Source of the DNA: Promethearchaeota archaeon
GTDB lineage: Archaea; Asgardarchaeota; Lokiarchaeia; Sigyniarchaeales; SOKP01
DNA: 64,000 nucleotides
NCBI GenBank assembly: GCA_016840085.1
Contig: JAEOTA010000085.1
Location: forward strand, 1-64,000
Direction of reading: 5' to 3'
Shown: in pieces, positions 11,315 to 20,804 of the stretch
Layout of the letters: the number at the start of each line of letters is the position of its first letter
How positions within the stretch are numbered: the first letter of the stretch is position 1
Notes under the pieces: model-generated
What the model was told of the DNA's origin: nothing
What the model saw: the letters and a program-made list of their open reading frames with translations, nothing else
Database searches by the model: none
Translations under genes and position numbers: made by a program

Positions 11315-11929
11315 TTATAAGTTCTTTGATTTTCCTTTTAAATCGAAATCAGCTATAACACCACTTCTATTTACAAATTCCCAAGTTTTGCCGAAGTCAC
11401 TATATTTCCAAAAGTGGGTATTACAGATTTTAAGATCTGAAAGGAACATACCAAAAAGAGAATTTTCAAGTCTTTGAGGATTTTTACCATCGAGTCCTTG
11501 AGTATAAGATAATTTCATTTCACCATAAGGCATTGTAATATGAAATGTATTTCCCTCTTGTTCTAAATTAATATCGACATATTTTATTCCCAAAACTTTT
11601 CTTAGAAGTATACTTCCAGGGATATTGTTAGCAAAATAAGGTTCTAAATATTTTCTCTGTTCTTCAGTAGTTTTATCACTTATATAGACCCCCCCTTCTC
11701 CGCCTTTAGTCATGACATCCATAGCTTTATTAGAATATAAATCAACTACGTTGATTGCCAGCACCCCGCTGATATCCACGTCCCCTATTTTCCCCTCATC
11801 GATTTGGAATAATTGAAATGATTTACAAGGTTCTTCTCGATCTCTTCCGAAATAAAATGAGCAATGACCCTCAGATGCGCATGCTTCATACCACACTCCC
11901 TTTGTACTCCAATTAATTCTTTCTGACAT
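11315..11929 (-). CDS. DUF1326-like protein
   Basis: W..KG.WYEAC....C N-terminus, IDEGKIGDVDISG, YISDKTTEEQR pattern. Confidence 0.7.
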   Translation of the reverse strand: MSERINWSTKGVWYEACASEGHCSFYFGRDREEPCKSFQLFQIDEGKIGDVDISGVLAINVVDLYSNKAMDVMTKGGEGGVYISDKTTEEQRKYLEPYFANNIPGSILLRKVLGIKYVDINLEQEGNTFHITMPYGEMKLSYTQGLDGKNPQRLENSLFGMFLSDLKICNTHFWKYSDFGKTWEFVNRSGVIADFDLKGKSKNL

Positions 11930-12145
11930 TAGTTTTCACCATTCTTTATTTTAAATTTTAATATTTATTTATCAATTTTGATAGCTTAGTATTTTAATTT
12001 TGTCATTCTTGTATTTAAAAAAATAATATCTTTCCACGAATTTTGATTCCAACGAAAAGAATCTGTAATGTTTATTAAGCGACAAAAAAGTCATAATAAC
12101 CCCTTAACAGTTTAATTTAAATAGATTTCCTTCAAATCATACATT

Positions 12146-12490
12146 GTTCATATCTTACGGTATGAACGTCGAGAAGAGGTATTGTTTACCTCATTGTATT
12201 ACAACCATCGGTTGATCAGCAACGATATGAAAAGAGGTTGTGTGTAAAAGCACAATTTGAACTAAAAAGTAAGCCATACGGTTTATATTCGGTGTTCAAT
12301 ACGGCTAATTCGCAAGAATTAGTGAGATTATCTTACGGTAATATATTCCATAGGATATAAATTTATTCAATGGATTATGATTCTTTTCACGACGTAGCTT
12401 GAATTAATACATTGAGTTTTCCTTGCTCCAAGTAAGGAAACGCAGTACCACGCAAGGAACACCTCTGGTATTCTTTGCATCTTCTCGTCC
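12146..12490 (+). ncRNA. putative large structured non-coding RNA (unassigned family)
   Basis: About ten consecutive hairpins with G-U pairs on the + strand, a GCAA GNRA tetraloop, long-range CGAGAAGA(12170-77)/TCTTCTCG(12480-87) pairing, TATA-like TTTAAATA at 12116-23, no ORF. Confidence 0.7.
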
Positions 12491-12525
12491 CTTCTTTATC
12501 TTTAAATAAATCATAAAGATTGAAT

Positions 12526-13413
12526 TCAAGTATTATTGAATTCATCACCTTTTACTCCCCAATTTCTAAGAATTTCCTCAGCATTTATAATAATATTCTG
12601 TATGAATTCTTTAATCGTAGTTTCCTCATTAACATGTCCAACTGCCATTGAACCAATAGCAGAATCTCTTAACTCAAGGTGGAAAATCTTTTTGTAAAAT
12701 TTTTCATCAAATATGTCTTGGTTCAATACTTGACTTTTCCATACTTCTGGAGCAGGACTTTCCTTCGTTGCCATTATCGCACTCCCAAAACATACGGCAT
12801 CAGCACCCATCGCTAACGCCGCAAGAAACCCTCTTGCATCACCAATCCCCCCTGCTGCGATAAGTGGCACCTTTAACAATTTTCTTGCCATAGTCATGTT
12901 GACAAGAGTGGTATTCTGATTCGGATTTTTAAATCCCGTTCCTTCAAGACCTACAATAGTCACTCCATCTGCACCGGCTTTTTCAGCAGATATTGCATGC
13001 TTTACTGTTGCACATTTATGAAACCATACACCTCCTGCATCATGTATTTTCCTTCCGAGTTCAGCTGCTTTGTAAGCTGATGTAGTATATACTTTAACAC
13101 CTGCATCGAGAGCAATATCTAAAAAATCAAAATAAGATTCTTCTGTTCTATCTCTACCAGTAGTGCTTCTCACTTGCGGAGGCCATACCGTGAAATTAAC
13201 TCCATAAGGTTTATTTGTTAGTTTTTTCATTTTTTCAATTTCTTTGTGAAATCCCTCAGAAGTCCCAAAATTTAAAGCAGTTACTATACCTAGCCCCCCT
13301 GCTTCTGAAAAGGCTGCAGCGAATTCAGCTCTCCCTATTATTGCAAAAGCTCCCATTATAATTGGGTATTGAAGACCATTTATCATTTCTGTTATTCTTG
13401 TTTTCCAAATCAT
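12526..13413 (-). CDS. nitronate monooxygenase / FabK-like flavoprotein
   Basis: YPIIMG, SEAGGLG, KPYGVN, PLIAAGGIGDARG, ALAMGADAV. Confidence 0.88.
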   Translation of the reverse strand: MIWKTRITEMINGLQYPIIMGAFAIIGRAEFAAAFSEAGGLGIVTALNFGTSEGFHKEIEKMKKLTNKPYGVNFTVWPPQVRSTTGRDRTEESYFDFLDIALDAGVKVYTTSAYKAAELGRKIHDAGGVWFHKCATVKHAISAEKAGADGVTIVGLEGTGFKNPNQNTTLVNMTMARKLLKVPLIAAGGIGDARGFLAALAMGADAVCFGSAIMATKESPAPEVWKSQVLNQDIFDEKFYKKIFHLELRDSAIGSMAVGHVNEETTIKEFIQNIIINAEEILRNWGVKGDEFNNT

Positions 13414-13448
13414 TTTTTTCTCACTTTCAATATAATATATTTAATATT

Positions 13449-14381
13449 TTACTGTCCTGAAATAGAATCAACATTCTTGAAAATCTCCTTGAGCTTAATA
13501 ATATCCTTCTGAGGAAGTGGTGGTCTTAAAATTGATTTGAGATTTTCTTTTAGATGTTCAAGATTTCCAGTTCCAGAAAGAATTACATGGGTTCCTGGTT
13601 CAGATCGACAGAATCGATATGCGGCATCTACTAAATTAATAGCGCCCCCTTTATGGATAAGAAATCCAAGAGGATTTGTCTTATTAATTTCGGAAGGATT
13701 AATCTGCTTGTTTTTAATTAAATCGTCGATACATTGTTTAAGTCTTTCAGATCTACTAAGAGCAAGTCGAACAGCAAACATTATTAAGATACCAATTTTT
13801 TTTTCTATTGCTTTTTTGAAAACACGTTCACGGGCAGATTGATTTAAGATATTAAAACCTACCATCATGACATCCCATATATCATCCTCTAATGCACGTT
13901 GTAACATGTTATGCTGAGGATCTGGATTGAATCGTTCAGTGATTCCTATGAAACGTATTTTTTCTTGATCTTGTAATTCTTGGAGTATTGGGACGATTTC
14001 TGCAACAAGATAGTCATAATCTTCTAAAATAACACCGTGTAGATGATAAATGTCTATATAATTAGTAGCAAGATTATTAAGACTTCTTTCAAAGCTACGT
14101 ATAACATCTTTAGGTTCAATATTTTTCCATGTCGATTTCTTAGTTGATAATACAAGACTATCACGATCAAAATCTTTAATCGCTTTTCCTACAATTTTTT
14201 CAGTTCTGTAAACCTCTGCTGTGTCTATAAAGTTAATACCCGAACTTACAGCATGTTTAACTATTTCAGTAGATATATCTTCACTTTTACCTGTTCTCAG
14301 TCCTATTCCACTAGGTCCATCACAACCCAATCCCATAATACTTACTTTTAATCCAGTTCGTCCAAGTGTAGAGTATTCCAT
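13449..14381 (-). CDS. aldo/keto reductase
   Basis: LGRTGLKVS..GLG, GINFIDTAEVY, STK, YIDIYHLH; start moved to ATG 14381 (MEYSTLG). Confidence 0.9.
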   Translation of the reverse strand: MEYSTLGRTGLKVSIMGLGCDGPSGIGLRTGKSEDISTEIVKHAVSSGINFIDTAEVYRTEKIVGKAIKDFDRDSLVLSTKKSTWKNIEPKDVIRSFERSLNNLATNYIDIYHLHGVILEDYDYLVAEIVPILQELQDQEKIRFIGITERFNPDPQHNMLQRALEDDIWDVMMVGFNILNQSARERVFKKAIEKKIGILIMFAVRLALSRSERLKQCIDDLIKNKQINPSEINKTNPLGFLIHKGGAINLVDAAYRFCRSEPGTHVILSGTGNLEHLKENLKSILRPPLPQKDIIKLKEIFKNVDSISGQ

Positions 14382-14530
14382 AATGCAATTCATATAAAAA
14401 ATAATTATTTTAGTTAAATTTGAATTAATTTTTATTCTTTTAGAAATTGCGTTAAATACCAACACATTAACTTAAATAAAAATATTTAATTTTAGACTTT
14501 AAAGATTAATCAAATTATCAAATGATTTAA

Positions 14531-15751
14531 ATGGTAGGACACGTTAATTTTGAAGATTTAGATTTCGAATATGGGTACTCATGTATGGCCGACAGACTAC
14601 ATTATTATAGTAAAGAAGAAAACGATTTTCGAATGGAAGTGCGTAAATGGTGTAAAGACAATATTGAACCTGTAGCTACCAAGATAGATCGGGAAAGAAA
14701 TAAGGTATTAGCGGTCGAAACATTAAAAAAAATGAAACCATATTTAAATATTGTAATTCCTGAGGAAGTAGGTGGTTTAGGAAAGGGGGTCCTATATCGT
14801 ACGATTTTTGGCGAGGAATTAACTGCTTTTAGTTATGCTATAGCTACAATATTTGGAGCATCCTCTTGCTTATTTGCAGCGCCTATTATTGAATATGGGT
14901 CAAGCGAACAAAAAAAGAAATATCTTTCAGGAATTGCGGACGGTACAAAAATAGGAGCAATAGGTATAACGGAACCAACTGGAGGATCTGATGCTATTGG
15001 TGGAATGAATTTAAGAGCAACAAAAGATGGAGATCATTATGTTTTAAATGGTGAAAAATGTTTTATAACTAATGGGAGCGTTGCGGATTATATCACCTTA
15101 TATGCGGTAACAAATGATCAAGTGAAAAGACGACAAGGAATATCAGCCTTTATTTTTGAAACAGACACCCCAGGGTTTGAGGTTGTGAAAGATTATACTT
15201 ATATGGGACGTCGAGGAATGCCTAATTCTCATCTCCGTTTTAAAAATTGTAAAGTCCCTGTAGAAAATTTACTCTATAAAGAAAACGAGGGAATTGAAGT
15301 TTTATTGTTTGGTCTCGATGGCGAAAGAACTTTCACAGCGTCTCAATATCTCGGATTAGCAAGAAGTGCGTTTGAAGTTGCATATAAATATGCTCACAGA
15401 CGTGAACAATTTAGAAAAACAATTTATTCTTTTGAAGGTATTTCTTTTAAGTTGAGTGAAATGTTTATGGATTTAGAGTTAAACAGAATTGCCATAGCGC
15501 AGATTGCTAAAATGCTTGATGAAGGACATTATTGTAGAGCATCAGTAGCTGCTATTAAAGCGCGAGTTTCAGATATGGCAGTTGAAATTACGAAAAATGC
15601 TGTACAAGTGATTGGCGGGTTGGGATATTCTGAAGAGTACCCCGTAGAAAGATTTTATCGAGATGCAAAAATAGGACAAATAAGTGCGGGATCAGCAGAA
15701 ATTATGAGATATTTAATTTCAAGAGAAATGATTAGAATGTGGGGTAAATAA
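14531..15751 (+). CDS. acyl-CoA dehydrogenase
   Basis: ITEPTGGSD, LNGEKCFITNG, REQF, AVQVIGGLGY, ERFYRDAKI. Confidence 0.95.
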   Translation: MVGHVNFEDLDFEYGYSCMADRLHYYSKEENDFRMEVRKWCKDNIEPVATKIDRERNKVLAVETLKKMKPYLNIVIPEEVGGLGKGVLYRTIFGEELTAFSYAIATIFGASSCLFAAPIIEYGSSEQKKKYLSGIADGTKIGAIGITEPTGGSDAIGGMNLRATKDGDHYVLNGEKCFITNGSVADYITLYAVTNDQVKRRQGISAFIFETDTPGFEVVKDYTYMGRRGMPNSHLRFKNCKVPVENLLYKENEGIEVLLFGLDGERTFTASQYLGLARSAFEVAYKYAHRREQFRKTIYSFEGISFKLSEMFMDLELNRIAIAQIAKMLDEGHYCRASVAAIKARVSDMAVEITKNAVQVIGGLGYSEEYPVERFYRDAKIGQISAGSAEIMRYLISREMIRMWGK

Positions 15752-15753
15752 CT

Positions 15754-16221
15754 ATGGTTCAATTAGAAGTTAGTCCATCTGATTGGAAAAATTATGTTGG
15801 AAAAGAGTTTGGAACTTCTGAATGGTATGAAGTGATCCAAGATGAAATAACTGAATATGGAAAGATCACGGGTGATATGCAATGGATTCATGTAGATCCT
15901 AAACGCGCTAAAAAAGAATCGCCTTATGGAACCACGGTTGCACACGGTAATTGGTTGCTTTCTATAGTTTATCCCAAATTATTCTCAAAAATGTATAAAT
16001 CAATTAATACGCGGATGACAATTAATTATGGCTGGAATAAGATTCGGTTCCCGGCACCTACACCAGTTGGTAAACGCATTAGACTAGTTGTTAACATAAT
16101 TAATGTTAAAGAAGCAGAAAATAATGCCTATGATGTTGAATTTGATTTTAAAATATATGTCGAAGGAGAAGTAAAGCCTTGTTGTGTGGCTTCAAAACTT
16201 TCAAGATTTTATTCTCTTTAA
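15754..16221 (+). CDS. MaoC-family (R)-hydratase
   Basis: TGDMQWIHVDP...SPYGTTVAHG hydratase motif; NYGWNKIRFPAP. Confidence 0.92.
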   Translation: MVQLEVSPSDWKNYVGKEFGTSEWYEVIQDEITEYGKITGDMQWIHVDPKRAKKESPYGTTVAHGNWLLSIVYPKLFSKMYKSINTRMTINYGWNKIRFPAPTPVGKRIRLVVNIINVKEAENNAYDVEFDFKIYVEGEVKPCCVASKLSRFYSL

Positions 16222-16261
16222 ATTAAAAAGATAAGATTTTTATTAAAAATTTTTTGCTTAT

Positions 16262-17050
16262 TTATTTCCCAATGAACTCAGGTTCTTTTTTTTCAATTAT
16301 AGCAAAAACACCTCTTTTATAATCTTCAGTTTCAGCTGATTTTATTTGCATTTGACGTTCATTCTCGAGGTGTTCTTTCAACGGAGTACTTAATGCTTCA
16401 AAGAATAATTGTTTAGTTCTTGCATATGCAAATGTTGGTCCCTTTGCTAGTTTTTCTGCCCATTGTAGAGTAACTTCTTTTAATTTTTCTGCTGGAACAA
16501 TTTCATTAACGAACCCAAGGTTTTTCATTTCTTCTGCAGAATAGGTATCTCCAAAAAAACTCATCTGTACTGCTTGTTGCCATGTGAGCTGCCGACTCAA
16601 TAGAATTGTCCCTGCAAAACCAGGAATTAACGCAAGGTTACAAAAAGATTGTCTAAATTTAGCTTTTTCCGAAGCAATAATAAAATCACATGAAAGCGCA
16701 AGATTCATACCCGCTCCGATAGCCCACCCATTAACGCCTGCTATGATTGGTTTTGGATAAAGGCGCAAAATTTTTGGAATCTTGTAAAGATCTTGTAATA
16801 AATCATCCATAGTTTGACCTGATGTACCATTTTCTATACTTGATTTGAATAATTTTATATCTCCACCAGCAGAAAAGGCGCGTCCTGAACCTGTAATTAT
16901 TATACATCTTACGTCAATATCATCTTTCAGCGATTCCAATGTTTCCAATAATTCTTTAGCAGTTTCCTTGTTTAAGGGGTTAAGGTTTTCAGCATCAATT
17001 AATTTAATTATCGCAATTTTGTCTTTTTTAACTATTTCAATTTTTTCCAT
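16262..17050 (-). CDS. enoyl-CoA hydratase/isomerase (PaaG-like)
   Basis: AFSAGGDI, PKPIIAGVNGWAIGAG, LALSCD. Confidence 0.92.
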   Translation of the reverse strand: MEKIEIVKKDKIAIIKLIDAENLNPLNKETAKELLETLESLKDDIDVRCIIITGSGRAFSAGGDIKLFKSSIENGTSGQTMDDLLQDLYKIPKILRLYPKPIIAGVNGWAIGAGMNLALSCDFIIASEKAKFRQSFCNLALIPGFAGTILLSRQLTWQQAVQMSFFGDTYSAEEMKNLGFVNEIVPAEKLKEVTLQWAEKLAKGPTFAYARTKQLFFEALSTPLKEHLENERQMQIKSAETEDYKRGVFAIIEKKEPEFIGK

Positions 17051-17165
17051 TTCTAATTCTTCTCAATTTTGATTTACTACTCATTTATAGTGTTTAATTA
17101 AATTAAACAATATTGAATGTCTTAAAAATATATTAAAAATAGAGTAAATTTTGAAGTAATATTAG

Positions 17166-17996
17166 TTACAGATAAGTAGTCCATTCAGGTTTTAATATAA
17201 AATATTGATCTATAGCATCTCTCATAGTTTGGCGGCATACTTCTATTTCTTTCAGAGTCGGTGGATCAATTTGTTTAATCTCTTTAGCAATCTTTAAATC
17301 CCAACCGGTGTTTTCTTTTACCTGTTCTATTGATATATTTGGATGTAGCGCGTCTAAATAGGCTTCCTTTGATTCAGGATCAAATTTCATAATACAGAAA
17401 GGTGTAACAATAGTTTCGGGGCCTGTATCAAGAGGATACCCTGCTTTTATTCTGCTATCATATCCCTCTAAATAACCAGGATCGGTAATAAAATCTAATT
17501 TTTCGGGTAGCTTACGCTTTATGTGTTCATCTATAAGCCATATTAATCTTTTTGCCATACCTGCAATTTCGGTTGCTCCTCCACCTCCCGGTAAACGATA
17601 AATAGGTTTTTCATACGGGCCGACTACAGTTGTATTACAGTTTCCATATTTATCAACCATGGAAGTACTTAATAATGCCACGGTTATTTCTCCTCTTTGG
17701 AGTATAGATAATGCATCGATAGAGTCCCCAACAAATAAAGAATTTGGTACTAAAACAGGATCACTAATCGAGTAAGGCATTTTAATTGGTCTGGGAAGTT
17801 CGTCTTGAAATAATCCAACTTCTAGCACAAAGAAAAGATCAGGACAATGGAGTAATTTTGCCATGTGGACCGCGAGAAAAGGCCAGTGAAAAGCATTAAA
17901 TACAATATCATCATTTTTAATCTGTCTGCACGCCGACACTAACATCATTTCAAAACCAGTATATTCTTTACAATACTCTCTCTCATTAGAACCCAT
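17166..17996 (-). CDS. family I CoA-transferase subunit B (GctB-like)
   Basis: VDKYGNCNTT, RLPGGGGA, LDFITDPG, ENTGWDL; AGGAG RBS before ATG 17996. Confidence 0.88.
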   Translation of the reverse strand: MGSNEREYCKEYTGFEMMLVSACRQIKNDDIVFNAFHWPFLAVHMAKLLHCPDLFFVLEVGLFQDELPRPIKMPYSISDPVLVPNSLFVGDSIDALSILQRGEITVALLSTSMVDKYGNCNTTVVGPYEKPIYRLPGGGGATEIAGMAKRLIWLIDEHIKRKLPEKLDFITDPGYLEGYDSRIKAGYPLDTGPETIVTPFCIMKFDPESKEAYLDALHPNISIEQVKENTGWDLKIAKEIKQIDPPTLKEIEVCRQTMRDAIDQYFILKPEWTTYL

Positions 17997-18921
17997 AATC
18001 AACAGCTCCTTGTATTATACTTTTAGCTTTTAGAAATTTTATTTTATCCTCTCCTAAAACCTTCAAATATTCCTGTCGATCTTCGACTCCAGTTATCCAT
18101 TTTTCAAGCCAATTTTCCCAATCTTCTATCGTTTTAGTTTCTTTAGCGTAATTAAATCTATATTCTAAGTCTGTATAGTAAAAACCCTGCACATTGCTAG
18201 GATGAGCACCCCAGGGTTCATGTACGACAGCATCAACCTTATGGGCTCCAACTATTGTACGTTCGGGTGATTCCATAATGACTTTTTTATCCACAATCTC
18301 TTCTGCTGCAACAATAATTCTTTTGCACGCATTGATTCCATATTTAGTATCTCCTATTAATCCCCACAGTTGGGCATTTCCTTCATTATCTGACCGTTGA
18401 ACCTGAATCACACCAACATCAGGATTTATTGCTGGAACAACACATATCTCTTCCCCGGTAAAAGGGCATTTCACTCTTGCAACCTTTAATCCAACTTCTT
18501 TTGGATGATCAAAAATGCCTGTGCCAATAATTGAACGAATTGGTACAAACGGGATGCCCATATAACCGGCAAAAAAGGACATATTTATCATAAATAGTGA
18601 TTGTTCATTATATATTATTTTTTGAGGTATTCCTTTTTCCATAGCTCTTTTGAGATTCCATGCCGGTTGTGGACCAGTACCATTCCAACAATGTGAAGTA
18701 ACGATGTGATTAGTAACTCCCGCACCTATTAATTGATCGAAGAGGATTCCTCCACCACACTTACACACTTTAAGATTTCTTATATCTTGTCTAATAATTT
18801 CATGAGCAGCAGAAAAGGTCATGCCATTCCCAAATCCACCAAAGAAAACAAAATTATCATTATGAACAAACTTACTTATCGCTTCTTTCATGTTCATTAA
18901 TTTATCGGAAATATTATTCAC
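17986..18921 (-). CDS. family I CoA-transferase subunit A (GctA-like)
   Basis: AHEIIRQ, DQLIGAG, CPFTGE..VVPAINPDV, PWGAHP; overlaps subunit B. Confidence 0.88.
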   Translation of the reverse strand: MNNISDKLMNMKEAISKFVHNDNFVFFGGFGNGMTFSAAHEIIRQDIRNLKVCKCGGGILFDQLIGAGVTNHIVTSHCWNGTGPQPAWNLKRAMEKGIPQKIIYNEQSLFMINMSFFAGYMGIPFVPIRSIIGTGIFDHPKEVGLKVARVKCPFTGEEICVVPAINPDVGVIQVQRSDNEGNAQLWGLIGDTKYGINACKRIIVAAEEIVDKKVIMESPERTIVGAHKVDAVVHEPWGAHPSNVQGFYYTDLEYRFNYAKETKTIEDWENWLEKWITGVEDRQEYLKVLGEDKIKFLKAKSIIQGAVDYGF

Positions 18922-18975
18922 CTTTACATAAATGTTTAGACCATATCATAATTCGATAATATGTAATTTACTTTT

Positions 18976-19014
18976 AGACCATTTAAAAATTTATACATTT
19001 AGCTTAAATGGTCT
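18976..19014. promoter_or_regulatory. perfect 11-bp inverted repeat, candidate operator
   Basis: AGACCATTTAA(18976-86)-N17-TTAAATGGTCT(19004-14); extra half-site TTTAGACCAT at 18935-44; upstream of the CoA-transferase operon. Confidence 0.5.
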
Positions 19015-19378
19015 TTAGGTGAACTAAATTAATAATGTAATAATTAAAGCACACTTTTTTAGAGAATTAATTATTCTTCTCTTATTTGAGGTGAATTTAT
19101 GAGTATGGAAAAATGATCAATTACACTTATGGAATATTTCATTAGATAATGAACGAAATGAAAAGCAAATGTTTAATGAAAATATATACAAAAAATTAAT
19201 GTGTAAATGAGATTAATCGAATTTGTTATTTTTTAATAAAGTTAAAGTTATAATTCGAATTGCTAGTAGAACTTTTTTTGTAATTCAATATTATCTATGA
19301 AAACTACCAATTAATTAAAATAAATTTAAATGAAAAAGTTAAAGTTAAAAAAAAACCATAATATAAATAGAAGAAACC

Positions 19379-20293
19379 ATGAATTATGTAGTTGGAAATT
19401 TGGAAGACCCCGTATTTAGACCTCCTTCTGAGTGGAATGCTTTATTGATTGCTGTAACCAATGGATGTACTCATAAATGCACATTCTGCTCTATGTATAG
19501 ATCAAAAACATTCTCTATTCGTAAAGATATCGAAGAAATTAAAAAAGATATTAAAAGAGCGGGTGCTATTTATGGAAATCGAGTACATAAAATATTTTTC
19601 GAAGATGGAAATGCTTTTGTTGTTAAACCTGAGATTCTTACTGAGTTAACCAAATATTGTTATAAAATTCATCCAAATCTCAAAAAAGTTAGTTCATATG
19701 CTCATGCCAAAGATATCATAAAAAAATCCGATGAGGATTTAAAAAGACTTGCAGAAAGCGGATTTACGATGGTTTACGTGGGCATTGAAAGTGGAGATGA
19801 TGAGGTTCTAAAAGCTTGTAAAAAAGGAGCTACACAAGATGAGTTTACTCTTGCGGCACAAAAATGCTATAAAGCAGGAATCTCTTGGTCGGGTATTTTT
19901 TTATTAGGACTCGCCGGAAATGATCCTGAAAAAAGCAGAAAACATGCAATTGAATCTGCTAAATTGATTAATAGAATGACTCCACCAACTCCGATTGATT
20001 GGTATATATCACCTTTAACATTAGGTATTACTCCCGGAACTGAGTTGTGGACACAAAAATCAACAGGAGAATTCCAACCGTGTTCTAGTACTCAAATTTT
20101 AGAAGAATTATATACAATGATAGAATACACATCTGATGATTTGCAGAAGTGTATATTTAACACAAACCACGCATCAAATTATTTAAGTTTGAAAGGAGAA
20201 CTAGCGAGAGATAAGGAAAAATTTCTTAAAATTATAGAAACAGGGATTAAAAACCCAAACATGCGTCGACCTGATTATCTTCGTAGCTTATAA
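19379..20293 (+). CDS. radical SAM protein (RPPSE-type)
   Basis: FRPPSE, GCTHKCTFCSMY, YVGIESG, NHASNYL. Confidence 0.9.
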   Translation: MNYVVGNLEDPVFRPPSEWNALLIAVTNGCTHKCTFCSMYRSKTFSIRKDIEEIKKDIKRAGAIYGNRVHKIFFEDGNAFVVKPEILTELTKYCYKIHPNLKKVSSYAHAKDIIKKSDEDLKRLAESGFTMVYVGIESGDDEVLKACKKGATQDEFTLAAQKCYKAGISWSGIFLLGLAGNDPEKSRKHAIESAKLINRMTPPTPIDWYISPLTLGITPGTELWTQKSTGEFQPCSSTQILEELYTMIEYTSDDLQKCIFNTNHASNYLSLKGELARDKEKFLKIIETGIKNPNMRRPDYLRSL

Positions 20294-20349
20294 AAATTCA
20301 TATTACTTATTCCTGAACCAGATATGGATTATTATTAATGAGGTAAATT

Positions 20350-20580
20350 ATGAACAATCCGAAATGTATAATGAAAGGTTGTAATAACAATAGCCGCCAT
20401 AAAGATAAATTCCTTTGTCAAAAACATTGGAAAAATCTAAGGAGAACTTCATGTAAGCAGATAAAAAATGTTATTACTTTTTTGAATGAACTCGAACTTG
20501 AACCAAATTCTCAGAAAGGAATTTTAAGAGAGAATTTGAAAAGTGAATTAAATTCAGTTTTAAAGAGAAGAAGACGGTAA
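20350..20580 (+). CDS. small putative Zn-finger protein
   Basis: GAGGT RBS; Cx4C...CxxH (CIMKGC...LCQKH). Confidence 0.55.
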   Translation: MNNPKCIMKGCNNNSRHKDKFLCQKHWKNLRRTSCKQIKNVITFLNELELEPNSQKGILRENLKSELNSVLKRRRR

Positions 20581-20804
20581 TTATTGAAGATTTAAAAATA
20601 AATTTTATAGGTTATAAAAAAAATCCTTAGAAGTGGGGATATACCATACTATTTGTTAAAAGAATATTCTGATGAAATAATAAAAAATAAAGAATTAATG
20701 ATCGAGCAATAGCTAAAGCCTTGGTCCGACGCTCTGAACTATTTTTCAAAAATTTAAAAAATAGAGAGGAATTAATAACAGTAATTTCAAAATTTTGTTA
20801 AAAT

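Noticed and set aside
12146-12490. RNase P RNA, SRP RNA, self-splicing intron or CRISPR array
   Set aside because: No GAGGAAAGUCC/P4 motif, no SRP helix-8 motif, not inside a gene, and no regular repeat-spacer period.
19088-19150. GAGGTGA RBS + ATG followed by MSMEK-TGA
   Set aside because: The frame closes again 11 codons later and no SECIS follows; at most a decayed gene start.
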